In this document: one piece after another, positions 1 to 16,900 of the stretch
Layout: every line of letters starts with the position of its first letter
How positions within the stretch are numbered: the stretch's first letter is position 1
DNA from: Stylophora pistillata
Taxonomy: Eukaryota
NCBI RefSeq assembly: GCF_002571385.2
Contig: NW_019218428.1
Span: forward strand, 15,792 to 79,621
Direction of reading: 5' to 3'
DNA: 63,830 bases
The notes under the pieces: generated by a model
Databases searched by the model: none
What the model saw: only the letters and a program-made list of their open reading frames with translations
Told to the model about the DNA's origin: nothing
Translations under genes and position numbers: made by a program

Positions 1-242
1 CCATTATTATCAATCAAATTAGAAGATGTTTAAAAAAGTTGTGTGTAATTAAAGAATGCTTGTTTTGAAAGGTGTCTCTCAAATGATTAATTATCTCTTA
101 CTTGGCTTATACATTGTATAAAATTTGACAATTTCCTTTTGATGACTTATAAGTTAAGCTAGTGGTTACTATGACTAAGTTTTTTTATAAGTAAATTATT
201 TATAAATTTATACTTTATTAATATGTGATGTGGCTCATGTAC

Positions 243-4359
<4,117 letters not shown>

Positions 4360-4979
4360 ACGGGATTCTAAATCTTAAGAGCTCACTGTAATTTGACGAC
4401 CATTAAAAGCAAGATCCTTAAAATTCCAATATACTTCCTTTCAGTTTCTACTATGCAATTTTTCATCAAATACAGCAAGGCGTTCGTATGGCTCTATCAT
4501 TCTACTGACCGCGCAAAAGCCTGGAACCCTATTTTCCATGTAGGGAAAACATTGAAAGATTTGGAAAAATGGCGGACCGTGATCAGAGGGAAGTTGATAA
4601 TCCGGAGAAAGGAAACAGAAAAATTTCTCATCACAGCGAAAAGTCTCGATGATTTTTAAGCCAAAGGTCAGGATGCTGCTTTGAGAGTTGTAAAGATTTC
4701 GTGATAGAGTGTGATTATGTACATTTTCAAACAGCTGACTTGGTTGTCTGAACACCTTGCCATAGCAACCCTCAATCGAATCGAAGCTGAACTTGGCTGA
4801 GCTATCATTTGTGATTTTCTCGCTGAATGTTAGATCGATCAAATTTTTGAACTTTTAATGAAAAATTTTCTACTGTTGCATTTTCTGTTGTGCTGTATCG
4901 TTTTAGTAGCAAGCATAAGTCAAAATACCGATCAATCTTCAAAGTGGTGATTTAACTGACCTGCTGCAGATGTCATAGG
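4360..4979. promoter_or_regulatory. Putative bidirectional promoter SIRT2/KIZ
   Basis: Head-to-head start codons at 4359 (-) and 4569/4980 (+). YY1-like AAAATGGCGG at about 4566. Confidence 0.5.
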
Positions 4980-7900
4980 ATGAAGGTATCCACTTCAGCT
5001 GATAAGTCACGTTCACTCGATACCAAGTTTATGTCACAGCCTAGCTCCAGCCAAAAAATGTAAGTGAAGTGAGAAGGTTTGTCTGAGGTTGTAGTGACTC
5101 AATACTTGTGGATCTTACGTATACTTCGTATATAGAAACCGTCGACAGTTACCACCGACTTCAGTTTTCTTTACGTTTCCATGGCCGTGTATTGATACAC
5201 GTGAGGATTCCTGAGAGGGGAGTACTGACTGAGAAGTCCTTAGAAAGTAATTTGTCCTGACTAAGAACATAACACAAACGACCTGTTCAAGTATTAGTGT
5301 TTAACTACATTGAACCGAAAGGTCATTGTGCTGTCACATTAAATAAATTGCCAAACACTTGGAAAATATGTTCTGGCAGTGTCTTTGAGATCTGAACAAT
5401 GGTCACATTGAGTGTGATGCATGACAGATCTAAACAAACTCTGCATCATACTAACCACAAGTTAAGCACTACAGTGTATGATATGTAACTGCCTCCTGGT
5501 TACTAACCGCCTTCCGGTTAGCTCAATGGATAGAATGCTAGACTGTTGTGGGGGAGGGTGGGGGTTCAAGCCCCAGCCAGACCAACACTCAAGGTCTTAA
5601 AATAATTGAGAAGAATATGCTACCTTTTTATAACATCAAGAAATGGGTAGATATTCGAGTCTTCTCTGATAGGGACCTATGTCCTATTGTTTGTGGTCCA
5701 GTACTTGGTACAAATCCTTAAATACTCAAATACTAATAGTATTGGTTAGCTGCTCAAAAAACTAAAAGCCTTACCAAAATTGAAAGTTTCCCCATGTTTG
5801 TACTAATACTTAGCTCAACTCTGGCTTTCTTTTTCTTTCATAATAAAGGAGTAAAATGGAAGCAAACAGACTAGAAATTCAGTGGAAAAAAATTTGCGAT
5901 CATGAGAAGAGGAGCAAAGAAAGAAATAGAGAACTATTGAAGGATTTTGAAAGGGTAGAACAACATGCTGCTATGTTGGCTGTGAAAACTGAGAGGCTTA
6001 AAGCTTATAAGGTGACACTTGAGTGTGGTGCTGTTTTAGTATCATTTTATACTGTGATCTCTTGGAGCGTAAATGTATATATGAGTGATTCCCATTTGTA
6101 GTCACTATTTCACAATTTATTTCTAAGATCCAAACAATCAGAATCAGTTATATGATTTGAATATGTCTGAGCTTTAGGGAATCTGCAGTAAGGTTAAACA
6201 AGAAACTACAGCAAAAACATGTCCAACTCATTCCTTCCACATGTTTTCTGAGCCCGCTATGCCTTATCGGAGGCACATGCCTCCCAACACCACAACAAGA
6301 AATTCCTTTTTTTTTAGAAACAAAATGTTCAGCAAAAGGTAATGACACCATTCTTTAAGAATAATACTCTCTAATACAAATAATTACACTTTTCTTTGTG
6401 AACAATTGTGGAACATTTAAGTAACTTTTGGAGTATCTTTCACATTGTTAGGAGCAATAGGAAAACTACATCAACAAGATGTATCCAAGGTGGAAAGAAG
6501 AATTGGAGAATTATAGACTAGGTCAACAGCAAGACATAAACGACCCAGTGAGAAATGTAAGTTACTCTTAAAATAAATTCACAGTTATTTAAGCTCTGGG
6601 TGAGCTTGAAATGTTGTTGAATATTTATTTTTTTGCAGGGACCTAGCACTACACCTTTGACCTCTTCCTTAAAAGATTCTAGACTTCAGCCACATTTTCC
6701 TGTGAACACTCCAGTATATGCAAGCACACGGACTAACCAGCACAGTTCAGTTTCAGCAGTTTACAGCAGATCACCACCAACAACAAATCACCCAGCTGAC
6801 CATCGCTATCCTCACGACCATTTTTCTTATCTTGGGTCCTCCCACCCAAATGGCAGTGGTCCACCACCATCTGGATATTATGCCTCTGACAGTAGATGGC
6901 AAAGTCCTGGATATTATGACTCACAAAGACCTTTGGATAGTAGAATGCATCAAGGTCACTTGTCAGAAAGCAGTAGAGGACCTGTTAATGTACAGTACAG
7001 GTCACCAGATCACTATTATGGCTCACCAGGTGATCAGTTTTATGACAGACGACCACACCCAGGAGAGATTGGCATCTCTAGAAATGGTCCACTTGCATCA
7101 TGTTTTATGTATTCAGATATTCCACATCCACGGTTGCAGGAAGCAACTCCTTATGAACCAAGAATGGAGCTGCAAAGGACACACATGGGGTACAGAAACC
7201 ATCTAGGACTTTATGAACAGAATGGATACCCTGAGCAATACAATCAGGGTGGAATGCGACAGGGTTACGGAGGTCCAAGAGATCACAGGGCAGCTGAATT
7301 TGAACCAAATGTAATGAGTCGAAAGGTTTTCAATGGGGAAGACAATTCATTTGATGATAAGGTGAGCTTAATGGCCAATTGGAACTAAGGTAAATTCATT
7401 ACAAGGAGACTGCGAGAACCCAAAATATAAACTGTGGAAATCACAGATTAAGTCAAGCTTGATTTCAGTTTTATATCTGATTGGCTGCTAGATGTAGACC
7501 TATGAAAAAGCCCCAAAGTGAAGTGGAAGCTGTTTAATCCCAGATTTAAGTCAATGCTCAGTGCAACCTCGTTCCCAGGGTCTCTCATCTTTGCCCTTCC
7601 CCCTGGAGCGAGAGCCTTTCTCTTGCCACAGGGGGCAGACAGATGAGAGACCCTGGGAACGAGGTTGTGCTCAGTGTAGAATCTCCACACTGTAACGTTA
7701 GTTTCATTTAGTAATTATTTACTACTATTGTTCTGCAATAAGATATTTGATGTAACGTTTTCAGGCTTTTGATGGTGGTTTACCCAAAAGACCAGTCATG
7801 GAAAAAAGTCTGGAGTCTGCTCAAGATACCAAACCCTCAGAGAGTTACACCACTGGTCAGCCATTTGTTACTCCTGAAAAACCTTTGGAGAGGAGCAATC

Positions 7901-10900
7901 CAATGACGAGTTTGAAAAATCCTCCTCTTTCATCACCAGTCAGTGGTACCTCTGTAGTAAATACTAATCAAGAACATCACTTTGAGACTAGAGAGGATGA
8001 CACTGCCATTTCACCAATGTCGTCCCAAGCCACTTCAAATGTTTTAACAGATAAACCAGAGAAGGAATCTGTGCTGAAAAATGAAAGCTTGCCGGCAGAG
8101 GGATCAGCTGATTTGGAGACAGCTTCGAAGCCTAAGGTTGAACCAGTAAAGGCAGTGGAGATATCAAACGGAAGGCCACAAGAACAGAAGGAAGGCAAGT
8201 CAGTTGATACAAAGATTGAGGAAAGAATTGCTGAAGCGCCTGGTACGCCTCAAGAGTTACATAAAGTCAGAGAGCAAAGCGATGACGAGGAAAGCTTGGA
8301 TTTAAGTGATCTTAGCCTTCCAGATGGAGGTGACGCAGGTGGAACATTTTACGTTCCTTCACAGATAGAACACAAAAATGTTAATGAACCCAACAAAAAC
8401 GCTACCTTGAGCGGGGATTTGGAAATTTCTGCGAGTGTAAGTAAACCTGCTGTTATACCCGACTATAGCAAGAGCTTCACTGAAGACATCAGTGAGGATA
8501 TCCCAGAGTCCGTGCTATCGGAAAACGAGCGTGACGCTGCCGATGTTCCTGTGCATGAAGAGAAAGAGAAACTTCCAAGCACTGTTGCAAAAGTCACTGA
8601 ACAATCTGGGAGGTTAGATACTAGTGACAATACAAAAAAAGGAGATGATACGGATGGAGATGAAGTTGTGGATGATGTTAAAACAGAGGTTCAGGCAGAG
8701 ATGACACACGAAGAGATAAAACCATCCGTAAGCTTAGATGGATTCTTGTGTCTTTTGCAAGCTGTTGACGCTGATGTTGAGGTGTCATTCAGCCCAGAAA
8801 CCTTGTATCATTCACCTAGCTGCAGTTCCGACATGCGAGCAGAGATAACAAAGTGAGCATTTGGAGAGAAGTATTTACTTAACATTTAAACTCCAAGCAC
8901 ACAGAGCTACTATCTTTCTCATTTATTTGGAAAGAAATACCCGAGAAAGAAAACCCGAAAACTATCATGTACCAAAAGCCATGTCGCCCAACACGTTAGC
9001 ATCTCCTTCGTCTTGTTTATACTTCGAAAAATATGCGCGTAGAACTGACAGTTACAATCTCTTTATTGAACGTTTCTTGATTTGAACCAGAGTCTCGTAT
9101 GGTGGGAAGAGAGCCTTCTTTATCTCGAGACGAGGCTCTCGTCGCACGAGAGATTGGTTACTTACTTTATTAGCGGTACTTAACTGGAATTCTGATCACC
9201 CTTAAGTGTTAATAACGTGAATATAGAATGATGGGAGACGGAAAATTTTTTTGGGGGAAAGCTCTATTCTTTCACGGCTGCCATTTCGCAAATATCTCAC
9301 TACACTTTAAAATGTTTTACAATTTATTTACTCATTATAATGTTATGTATTGTTTTGTCAAAGAGCTGTTGAGGTTGGCAGTAGTCTCCAGTCTCTTGAC
9401 CCAAACACCATCAGCATGATTGTTCTTGAAGAGTTACCACTTTTGGTATCTAGTTCCCCTGCCGGTTGCCTTATTCCAGACCGAGTGTTTTCCCAAGGAC
9501 TGTCCTGTGAAACGGAGAAAGAGTTAAGGTAACTTAATTTAACACGCGAAACGAGTTGAAGTGTACCTGTTTAACTTCAAGTTATGTAGGCTTTTTGCCT
9601 TCAACCAGTGTTACAGTTGGCGTAGGGATTACTTCCTTACATGGAGGCTTATTACGTTTCGTTCCCGCCAAAAATTTACAACCGACGTTCAATTCCTGCC
9701 AAATGTGTTGCAGCCGCGTCTTGACTCCAACCATAGCGCGGTGAAGACGACAGCGAAGACTACTTTGAAGTTTAATTTTTTCTTACTTTTCTGGCGAGTC
9801 GACGAAGCCATCTCCCTTTATCCTCTCTAGTCCTCAAGACGCTATTTTTGTCCGGTTACATGCAGTCGTGCTCTTACTTTTTTACAAGTGAATCTAACGA
9901 AAATTTTCTGGTATAGACACGCCGCACAAAATGTTATTAATGTTACGTTGGATCTAACTGTTCTTTAAAAGCATTGCCACCTATGTCATAGACTGAGTTG
10001 AATGGATGGTAAATATTTATAAATGCTGTACATAAAGCTTTCTAAAAAACACTTATTTACATACAGTGAAAGCTTATCTTTGCTTAGTACAAGTATCTGA
10101 TTAAGCTTACATGTAAAACTTTTTTTATCTCGACCATCTTCATTCGTCGCATCCATTCAGTTGGTTTTAATTTAAAACTCTCTTACTGTCGTTTCAAATA
10201 TTTTGCTAGGCCCTTGGTGGAAGCTTCACTGATGAAATTGTGGAAAGAGCTATTTTCTCATCTTGTTAATGTGGTTAAAAACAATGTGATGAGTGCAGAG
10301 GAAGTCGGAGATACATTCGGATCGCTTCTGATCACTCAGTCTTCAAAGTACTGGAGAGAGGTACGGCTTTACTTTGCATTTTTAACAAAAAAGTTGAAGG
10401 TCAATTTATAGTAGTTGAATGGGAAAGCATTTCCGCTGATTACCAGCTTGATTATTAGTATATTTTATCGAATTTGATTACTTTTGCGATAAAATTAAGG
10501 CTAACCGCTGCGGGCCATTCATTGTACAAAGTTCATGGTTGTTGCTTTTGCATGGAATTGTGATCCCATCAAATTTGAGAACTGTGCTCGTAAAGGAAAA
10601 GGTGGAGACAGACAATTTATTTGTGTGCAAAATTAAAGATAAATGAAGGACTCCTTTCTGCGACTTTGGTTGTCAAAAAAAGAAAAACGATTTACCGCCC
10701 CTTAGTCGGGAATAGCATGTTTACATTGAACTTTAGTGTCGTGTGATGTTTTTTTTTTATGCCCATTCTTCCATCGCCGGAGTGCATTTCGTCATCCTGT
10801 TAAAGGTACTCTAGATTTCTTCACTTACAAAGCAGATATTTGAAACATTCCTTCATAGTGCACACGTATCATTGTATGTGAAAATCTCCGCTCATAAGAA

Positions 10901-13900
10901 GGCGACTGATAGGTCAAGGAAAGTCAACACGGAGATAAAAAAAATCAGAAAACAATTACTTCCCAAAAATATGTATTCTACACTGGAAGGTTTTTGGTTG
11001 CTCTTTAGTGGGCATTGCTATACGCAAAGCAAGTTCGACGAAAAAATCCACACTGGCTTTAATCTGTTAGATTTTTTCCCCAGAAATCCGGCATTCTCTT
11101 TTATTATACCGGCGACTTTGACGTAATAAATAAATAAATAAATAAATAACTTTATTTGCGGGGGAAGCACTTCACAGTCTGAGAAGCCTGTGGCCCTCAC
11201 CTAAATTACAATAAGAAAAGTTACAAACAATTGCAATAATTTAGAAATTTCTAACTATAGTTATTACAATAATAGGAAATGACCTAACGATCAACATGCA
11301 ATAAAAGAATAAAATTTAAGAATATTAGGATATTCGAAAATGATCAATATTAGCACACCCCTCCATTATGTGCTCAATACATTTGCGTTTAAAAGAGTTG
11401 ATAGTTTCGCTAGATCTTATTTTAACAGGTTAAGAGTTCCATAGTAGAATTGATGATACTAAAAAGGTTGCACTCCCTTCTGTTTTCTTGTTTTACTTGG
11501 GGTAGCGTAGTGTTATGTGCCCATAACGCGAAGAGCTTTCCAATGTATCAATTACAAGGACTAACTTAGTGCGTAGATATTCTGGGCATTGCCCCTGTAT
11601 ACATTTAAAAATAAGACATAGGTTGTTAACGTTAATTTCATCGTAAAAAGGCATCCAGTTTAGTTTCTTAAATAAGCTAAATGCAATGGCCGCTGTCTTA
11701 ATAACATTTCAAACGTTATGGATGCATGCGTGCTAACAATTGTTTTTTGAATCAAGGAAAGCACTCATTATTATTAATTTAATGGACCTGGCAGGCTGCC
11801 ATTCGAGAGACAACTGTGAAAATTTGTCATACTCACTGCGAGATAAGTGCATGTTTTTGTTTTCTGAAATATTCAAGGTAGGAACAAAAATGAAAGAATG
11901 TCGCGTTGTTTTTATGATAAGAGGGATACTGTGTGTGTCTCTTGACACATTATTAGAACTATTCATGGAGTTGAGTGATGTGTTCAAATTTAGGTTTCTT
12001 TGACTTAGCATCGGAAATAGAGGATTACCGAGTACGAAAGATACGAGTAATGAAATCAATACCTTAAAAGCTTCACCCTCATGGGTTTTTAGCGATTATG
12101 CATCCTTCTTTTTCGTGACGTCTTGTTTTCTGTCTTTAAAGGTATCGATTCTACTACTACAAGAAACATAGGTAAAAATCGGCATTGCTGGTACCATAAG
12201 AGGCTGGTTTCTAATACTTTTCACTAAACAAAAAACAAAAATTGATTATCGAAATGCTTCCGTCTGTTTTCGGATCTCAACGCAGGATGTAATCTGTACG
12301 TGTAACTTAAGTCATCCCTCCCCTATAATGACGTTTGGAGCGGTGGATGCGCTGAGGAAAGAAAATCAGCTTTCTTGGTCCCGGAAAGGTTCTTTTCAAG
12401 CTCTTAACAAAGTATGTCTTTTGGGGACTTAGTTTGGGACGTGTTAGATCAAGGACTTACTAGAATGACGATTACTATTCACTGCAGTTGTTCTAAGGGC
12501 TTGTATTTGACAATTACAATTAGGTTAAGAGCTATAACTCTTGACAGTGAGTGGGTTTATCTTTGGTAACTTCCGTAAACTGATGATATCGGCACTTACA
12601 AATCTTGGACTAAACACAGGCTTTTTAAGTGCATCTGATATTCAAATATCACATAACATTCTTCACACGTATTTAGAAATTGTCTTGAGACAAGCTGTGG
12701 TCGGATATCTTTTCAACTGCGGGTGGTTGGAAACTTTTTTTGGTTTTTCTAGAAACCACATTGTCAACAGTGATGAATGCGACAAATTCTGGTTTTTAAC
12801 TTTTTTCGTGAAAATTGTCTTTTGTCTCGTCTTAGTTGATGCTTCACCTTTCTTTAAAGATGGTACCCAAAGTTCAGTTTTGTTTTACCATAAGTGTGCC
12901 ATATATGTATCTCATCTCAAATAAATTCAACCATCAAGTTAGAGTTCACTAGTGTTTTTAAAAAGAGTAAAATGAGCGCCTGGAAGTACATGTTGCTTTT
13001 CGGCAAACCACTATCAATCAGTCACCACATCACTCGAGCTCATAGCTAAATATATTCCTCGTGAAAAGCTGGGTGACTACATTATACTTTTTTAGCCAGA
13101 GTTAAGGTCAAGATGAATGGGCGAAGTTCCTTGCGAAAACGGAATAGGAGAGTATTTCTAATCATCTTGTAACAACAGGCTTGGAAGACATCGAACGATT
13201 TTTTTGATTCCCAAATACACCTCAAAATTTACTTTCTGATGCATGAAACCGATAAAACTTTTTGTTTCTGTATTTTGATTGTCTGCATAACTTGCAGTTG
13301 TTGTTTTTGGCTCCCGTAATGCTGTAAAAAAAAAAAAAAAAAAAAGATACTCAGAGTTTAAATACAGTCCAGGTCGGCTTCAAGTATTTGCTGCATTGAT
13401 CAGAATTAGAGCAGGCGGTAATCTCAAACGGGAAAGACATAGGCTTATCTTTCCTAGTTATGGAGCCAGTCGTGGAAAAGGTGGCACCAACGCCGAATAG
13501 TTTCATCCATGAACGAGTGGCGTAGGCATCATTGGCCAATTTTTTTTTTTATCCCGGCTTTGTAAGGACACTCCTACAGGACGTTTTTCATCTCTATACT
13601 ACAGAAACGCAGGTTGTTGAAAGGAATTTACATGCGGTTGATGTTGTGGGGAAAAAAACCTTTTTAAGTTGTTTTTTTCTGAAATTTTACCTCTGATCTC
13701 AATCATCACCACCTTGAAAGAGAGGAGGGGTGTATTTATTCCTGTTGAATACCTTCACGGAATCTAGATTAAAGATAGGTGCAATATTTTAAGCTCAAAA
13801 CGAGGAAACAGTATGAGAGCAAATCGTTAATCGACGATGACTGCTAGCTACAACAGATCCACAGATTGTTGCCGATAAGCTAATTAAAACGATTATTTTT

Positions 13901-16900
13901 GACCCTTCATTGAGTCGTTTTCTCATCAGCCCCATTTGAAACATCAACCACTTTCCTGCTTGTTCTTTTTACATGATCTGCCTATGATAAATAAAAGGCG
14001 CAGATCCATCAGATGTTTTTGCTGGTACATTTCGTTGAGTCATAATCATATCGTATGATGTCACTTATGAACGCGCGAAATTAGACTAATATGATAAGAC
14101 AATTTTCAAGGTTTCTTTCTTTTTCAGCCGAATTGTTTTGAAAATATTTCAGTACTCTTGTCCAAGTAAAATATATCAGTGTGAAAACACTATATGTTTT
14201 AGTGTTCTGATAAATCTACGAAGACATCATCCGCACTAAACTTCTAATTTCAGGTAAACGTAAAGCAGAGGCACTTCAAATTTCATCTGCCCGATCAATT
14301 TTTTGAAACCGAGTTTTATCGTTTCAACTTTTCAAAGCTGAATGTGACACAAGAACTACAGGAGACTGGTTGATTCAGTTCTTTTTATTGTTCCACCTCT
14401 TTCTATGCAGGAAATAGTTATAGTTGGTAATGAAGTCAGCTTTTGAAAGGCTGACTCTGTTTGTGACAATTTTAGTATATTTCAAGCTTAACAATTAAGA
14501 AGCGCGTTAAATTGTTAAGACGCTCTATGCCTGAAGCTTTTCCTTTATGCAGCTATTTTGTGGCTTCTTTGAGCGCTAAGGCATTGTTCCAAGAAAATGA
14601 ACCTGTCGTCTCCAGCCACCTCTGCACGCCACTGGTTCAGGCTTGATTCCGTAGCATTCTATTCAGCCATGAGTGGCTCATGTATTCCTTTATGCGATGC
14701 CACGGGGGAATCATTCTCACCACACGGATGAGTCCATTGACATCGGCCACACGATAGAGATGCGCATCTGTAGAGCTTGCGAGTCCAACAATCTCAGAGA
14801 TTCCTTTTATGTACTTTCCGATGGCAATGACAAAGATTTGCGTGCCTGTCATCTTGAGCTGGAACGCACGAAACAAAGTCTTGTGTTTTTCAACATTTGA
14901 TTGTCCGTCAGTGATGATAAGGACTCGCTTTCTGACTCCAGGTCTAGCGCCTGTTTTGCGGTTTAATATCAGCTCCTTTCGGCACATTTCAAGCGCATCT
15001 TGAGTGTTCGTCTTGCCGCGTTCAAAAGGTATCTTCCGTAAATTGTTTACGGCCTCTTTTCTTTCTGTAAAGTCAAAACGGATAGTGGCATTGTTCGAGA
15101 ATGTTATTGCTGCATACCGTCTGCTATGCTGGGCTTTTCCTGTCAAAATCTGCAGGGCTTTAATTGTACGATAGTAATCTCTTCGCCGTATCGATCCCGA
15201 AGAGTCGATGATGAATATTGCGTCAAACTGGGCGTAAAGCTGAGGCATGGATCTGCGATGCCTTCTTCTCATCAGTCGTAGCACTGTGTCATCAATGCCC
15301 ATAAAATACCTCATTAGCTTGTCGGCAGTTTCCCGGGCAGGTGGAATTCTCTGGTATCCTGTCGTGACAAAGGCAATTCAATTTTACCATTTTTCTACAG
15401 GAAAAAGGTTTCTATTTTCAGTGTTGTTGCCACTCGACCAGTAATCTCTGGCACATTCCGTTATTGAGTAAGTGGAAAGTGCATGACTTGTTTCACAGCG
15501 TCCAAGTAATTTTAATGGAAATGAAAATTCGAAATTTTCGTAAAGTGAATAACAGAGAACTCGCGCCGGTAAAGTCTGTAGAGTAAACAAAATTTTGTTT
15601 ACCCGTTGATTGAGGTAGGCATTAGATGCTAACACTTACCCCATGCGTGGCTGTTAACTTGTAGCGGAAAATGGAGTTTGCATACGAATGTACAACCATT
15701 AATAGTTTACTCTATGCAAGATTGTAAAAACTGAGAAATTGCCTTTTCTACTTACTTGTCCAAGGATTCACTTTTGTGTTCTTAGTTCTTTCCCAGATGA
15801 AGGCAGATGAATCCTGCCAAAAAAACAGGGACAAAACCAGAGCCATAATGAATGTCCACATGTCCAAAACGTTCGTTTGCCGGTGAGATATTTTCTTGTT
15901 GGTTGACACGCGCAACTGGTGGTGTAACTCTTGAACGTCGACCTCTAAAGTTTCGTCAACTTTCCTCTCACGGTCGAATTGTGCTCATTATTCGCCAGCA
16001 CTTCTGGAATCAATTGTCATTTTACCTTTTGAACAGCAGGGGAGGTGGGTCAGAGAAAACTCTAGGCAGGAGGCGTGGAATGACGTAAGTCACTTGACAC
16101 GTCATTTCATTCCATTTTAACGAGAACCATCTTAGTGTTTACTAACAAGATTTAAGTTCGAAGTTGGCAAAATGTGAGTAAACCAAAATATCTTAGAACA
16201 ATGTCAACTCCCAAAATAAAGTTGTCAACAGCTGAAATTTTTCCATTTTAAAGAAAAAATTTGACTGTTACTGAAATTTTGGTTTTTTGTGTGTATTTTT
16301 ATGCCATGATGTGGTTTTGTTTTGTATAGTTTCCAGCATAAACACCATTCACTAAAGTTGACCACTAGAGAGGGTGGTGTATCGACAGAGGGGTTTAACT
16401 ATTAATAGACTTCTTTAAGCTTAATCGTGTTTATTGTCAATATTACCGTAACATGTTGCTGTGTTTATGTGGGGTGTTTCCTTTTCACTCTTCTGTTACC
16501 GTTCGTTGTTGAAGGCTTGTCGCCTTATGGCTGGTTTGAAAGATTCTAGAAAGTTGTAAAGTTGTCATGTTTGGTGTGACTGATTTTCTTGCATGTCATC
16601 TACTGGTTTACGCATAATAGAACTGAAAAGAAATCTTTATTTCTCCATAATCATCGCCCCTAACAGTCTAAAAGAAATTCTCTTGTATTTTTAAAAGGGT
16701 TTCGTGATGCATCATTCGCTTCCACCAAACATCCACCATTACGAACATTCGATACCTGTCTTTTTTGTATGTTTATTTTCATTTTTGTAATCGACCATTT
16801 TCGGTCATTTTACAGTTTCAAATATGTGCCATGGCCTCGTTTATAATGCACTACTTTGAAAATGAGTAATTACCCGCTGTGCCACTACCGCTATTATCAG

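Noticed and set aside
5507-5590. Possible tRNA gene (also a tRNA-like stretch near 22975-23045)
   Set aside because: No complete cloverleaf; better explained as SINE heads.
13351-13539. 62-aa ORF between poly-A and poly-T runs
   Set aside because: Non-ATG start, no recognisable motif and no supported splice structure.
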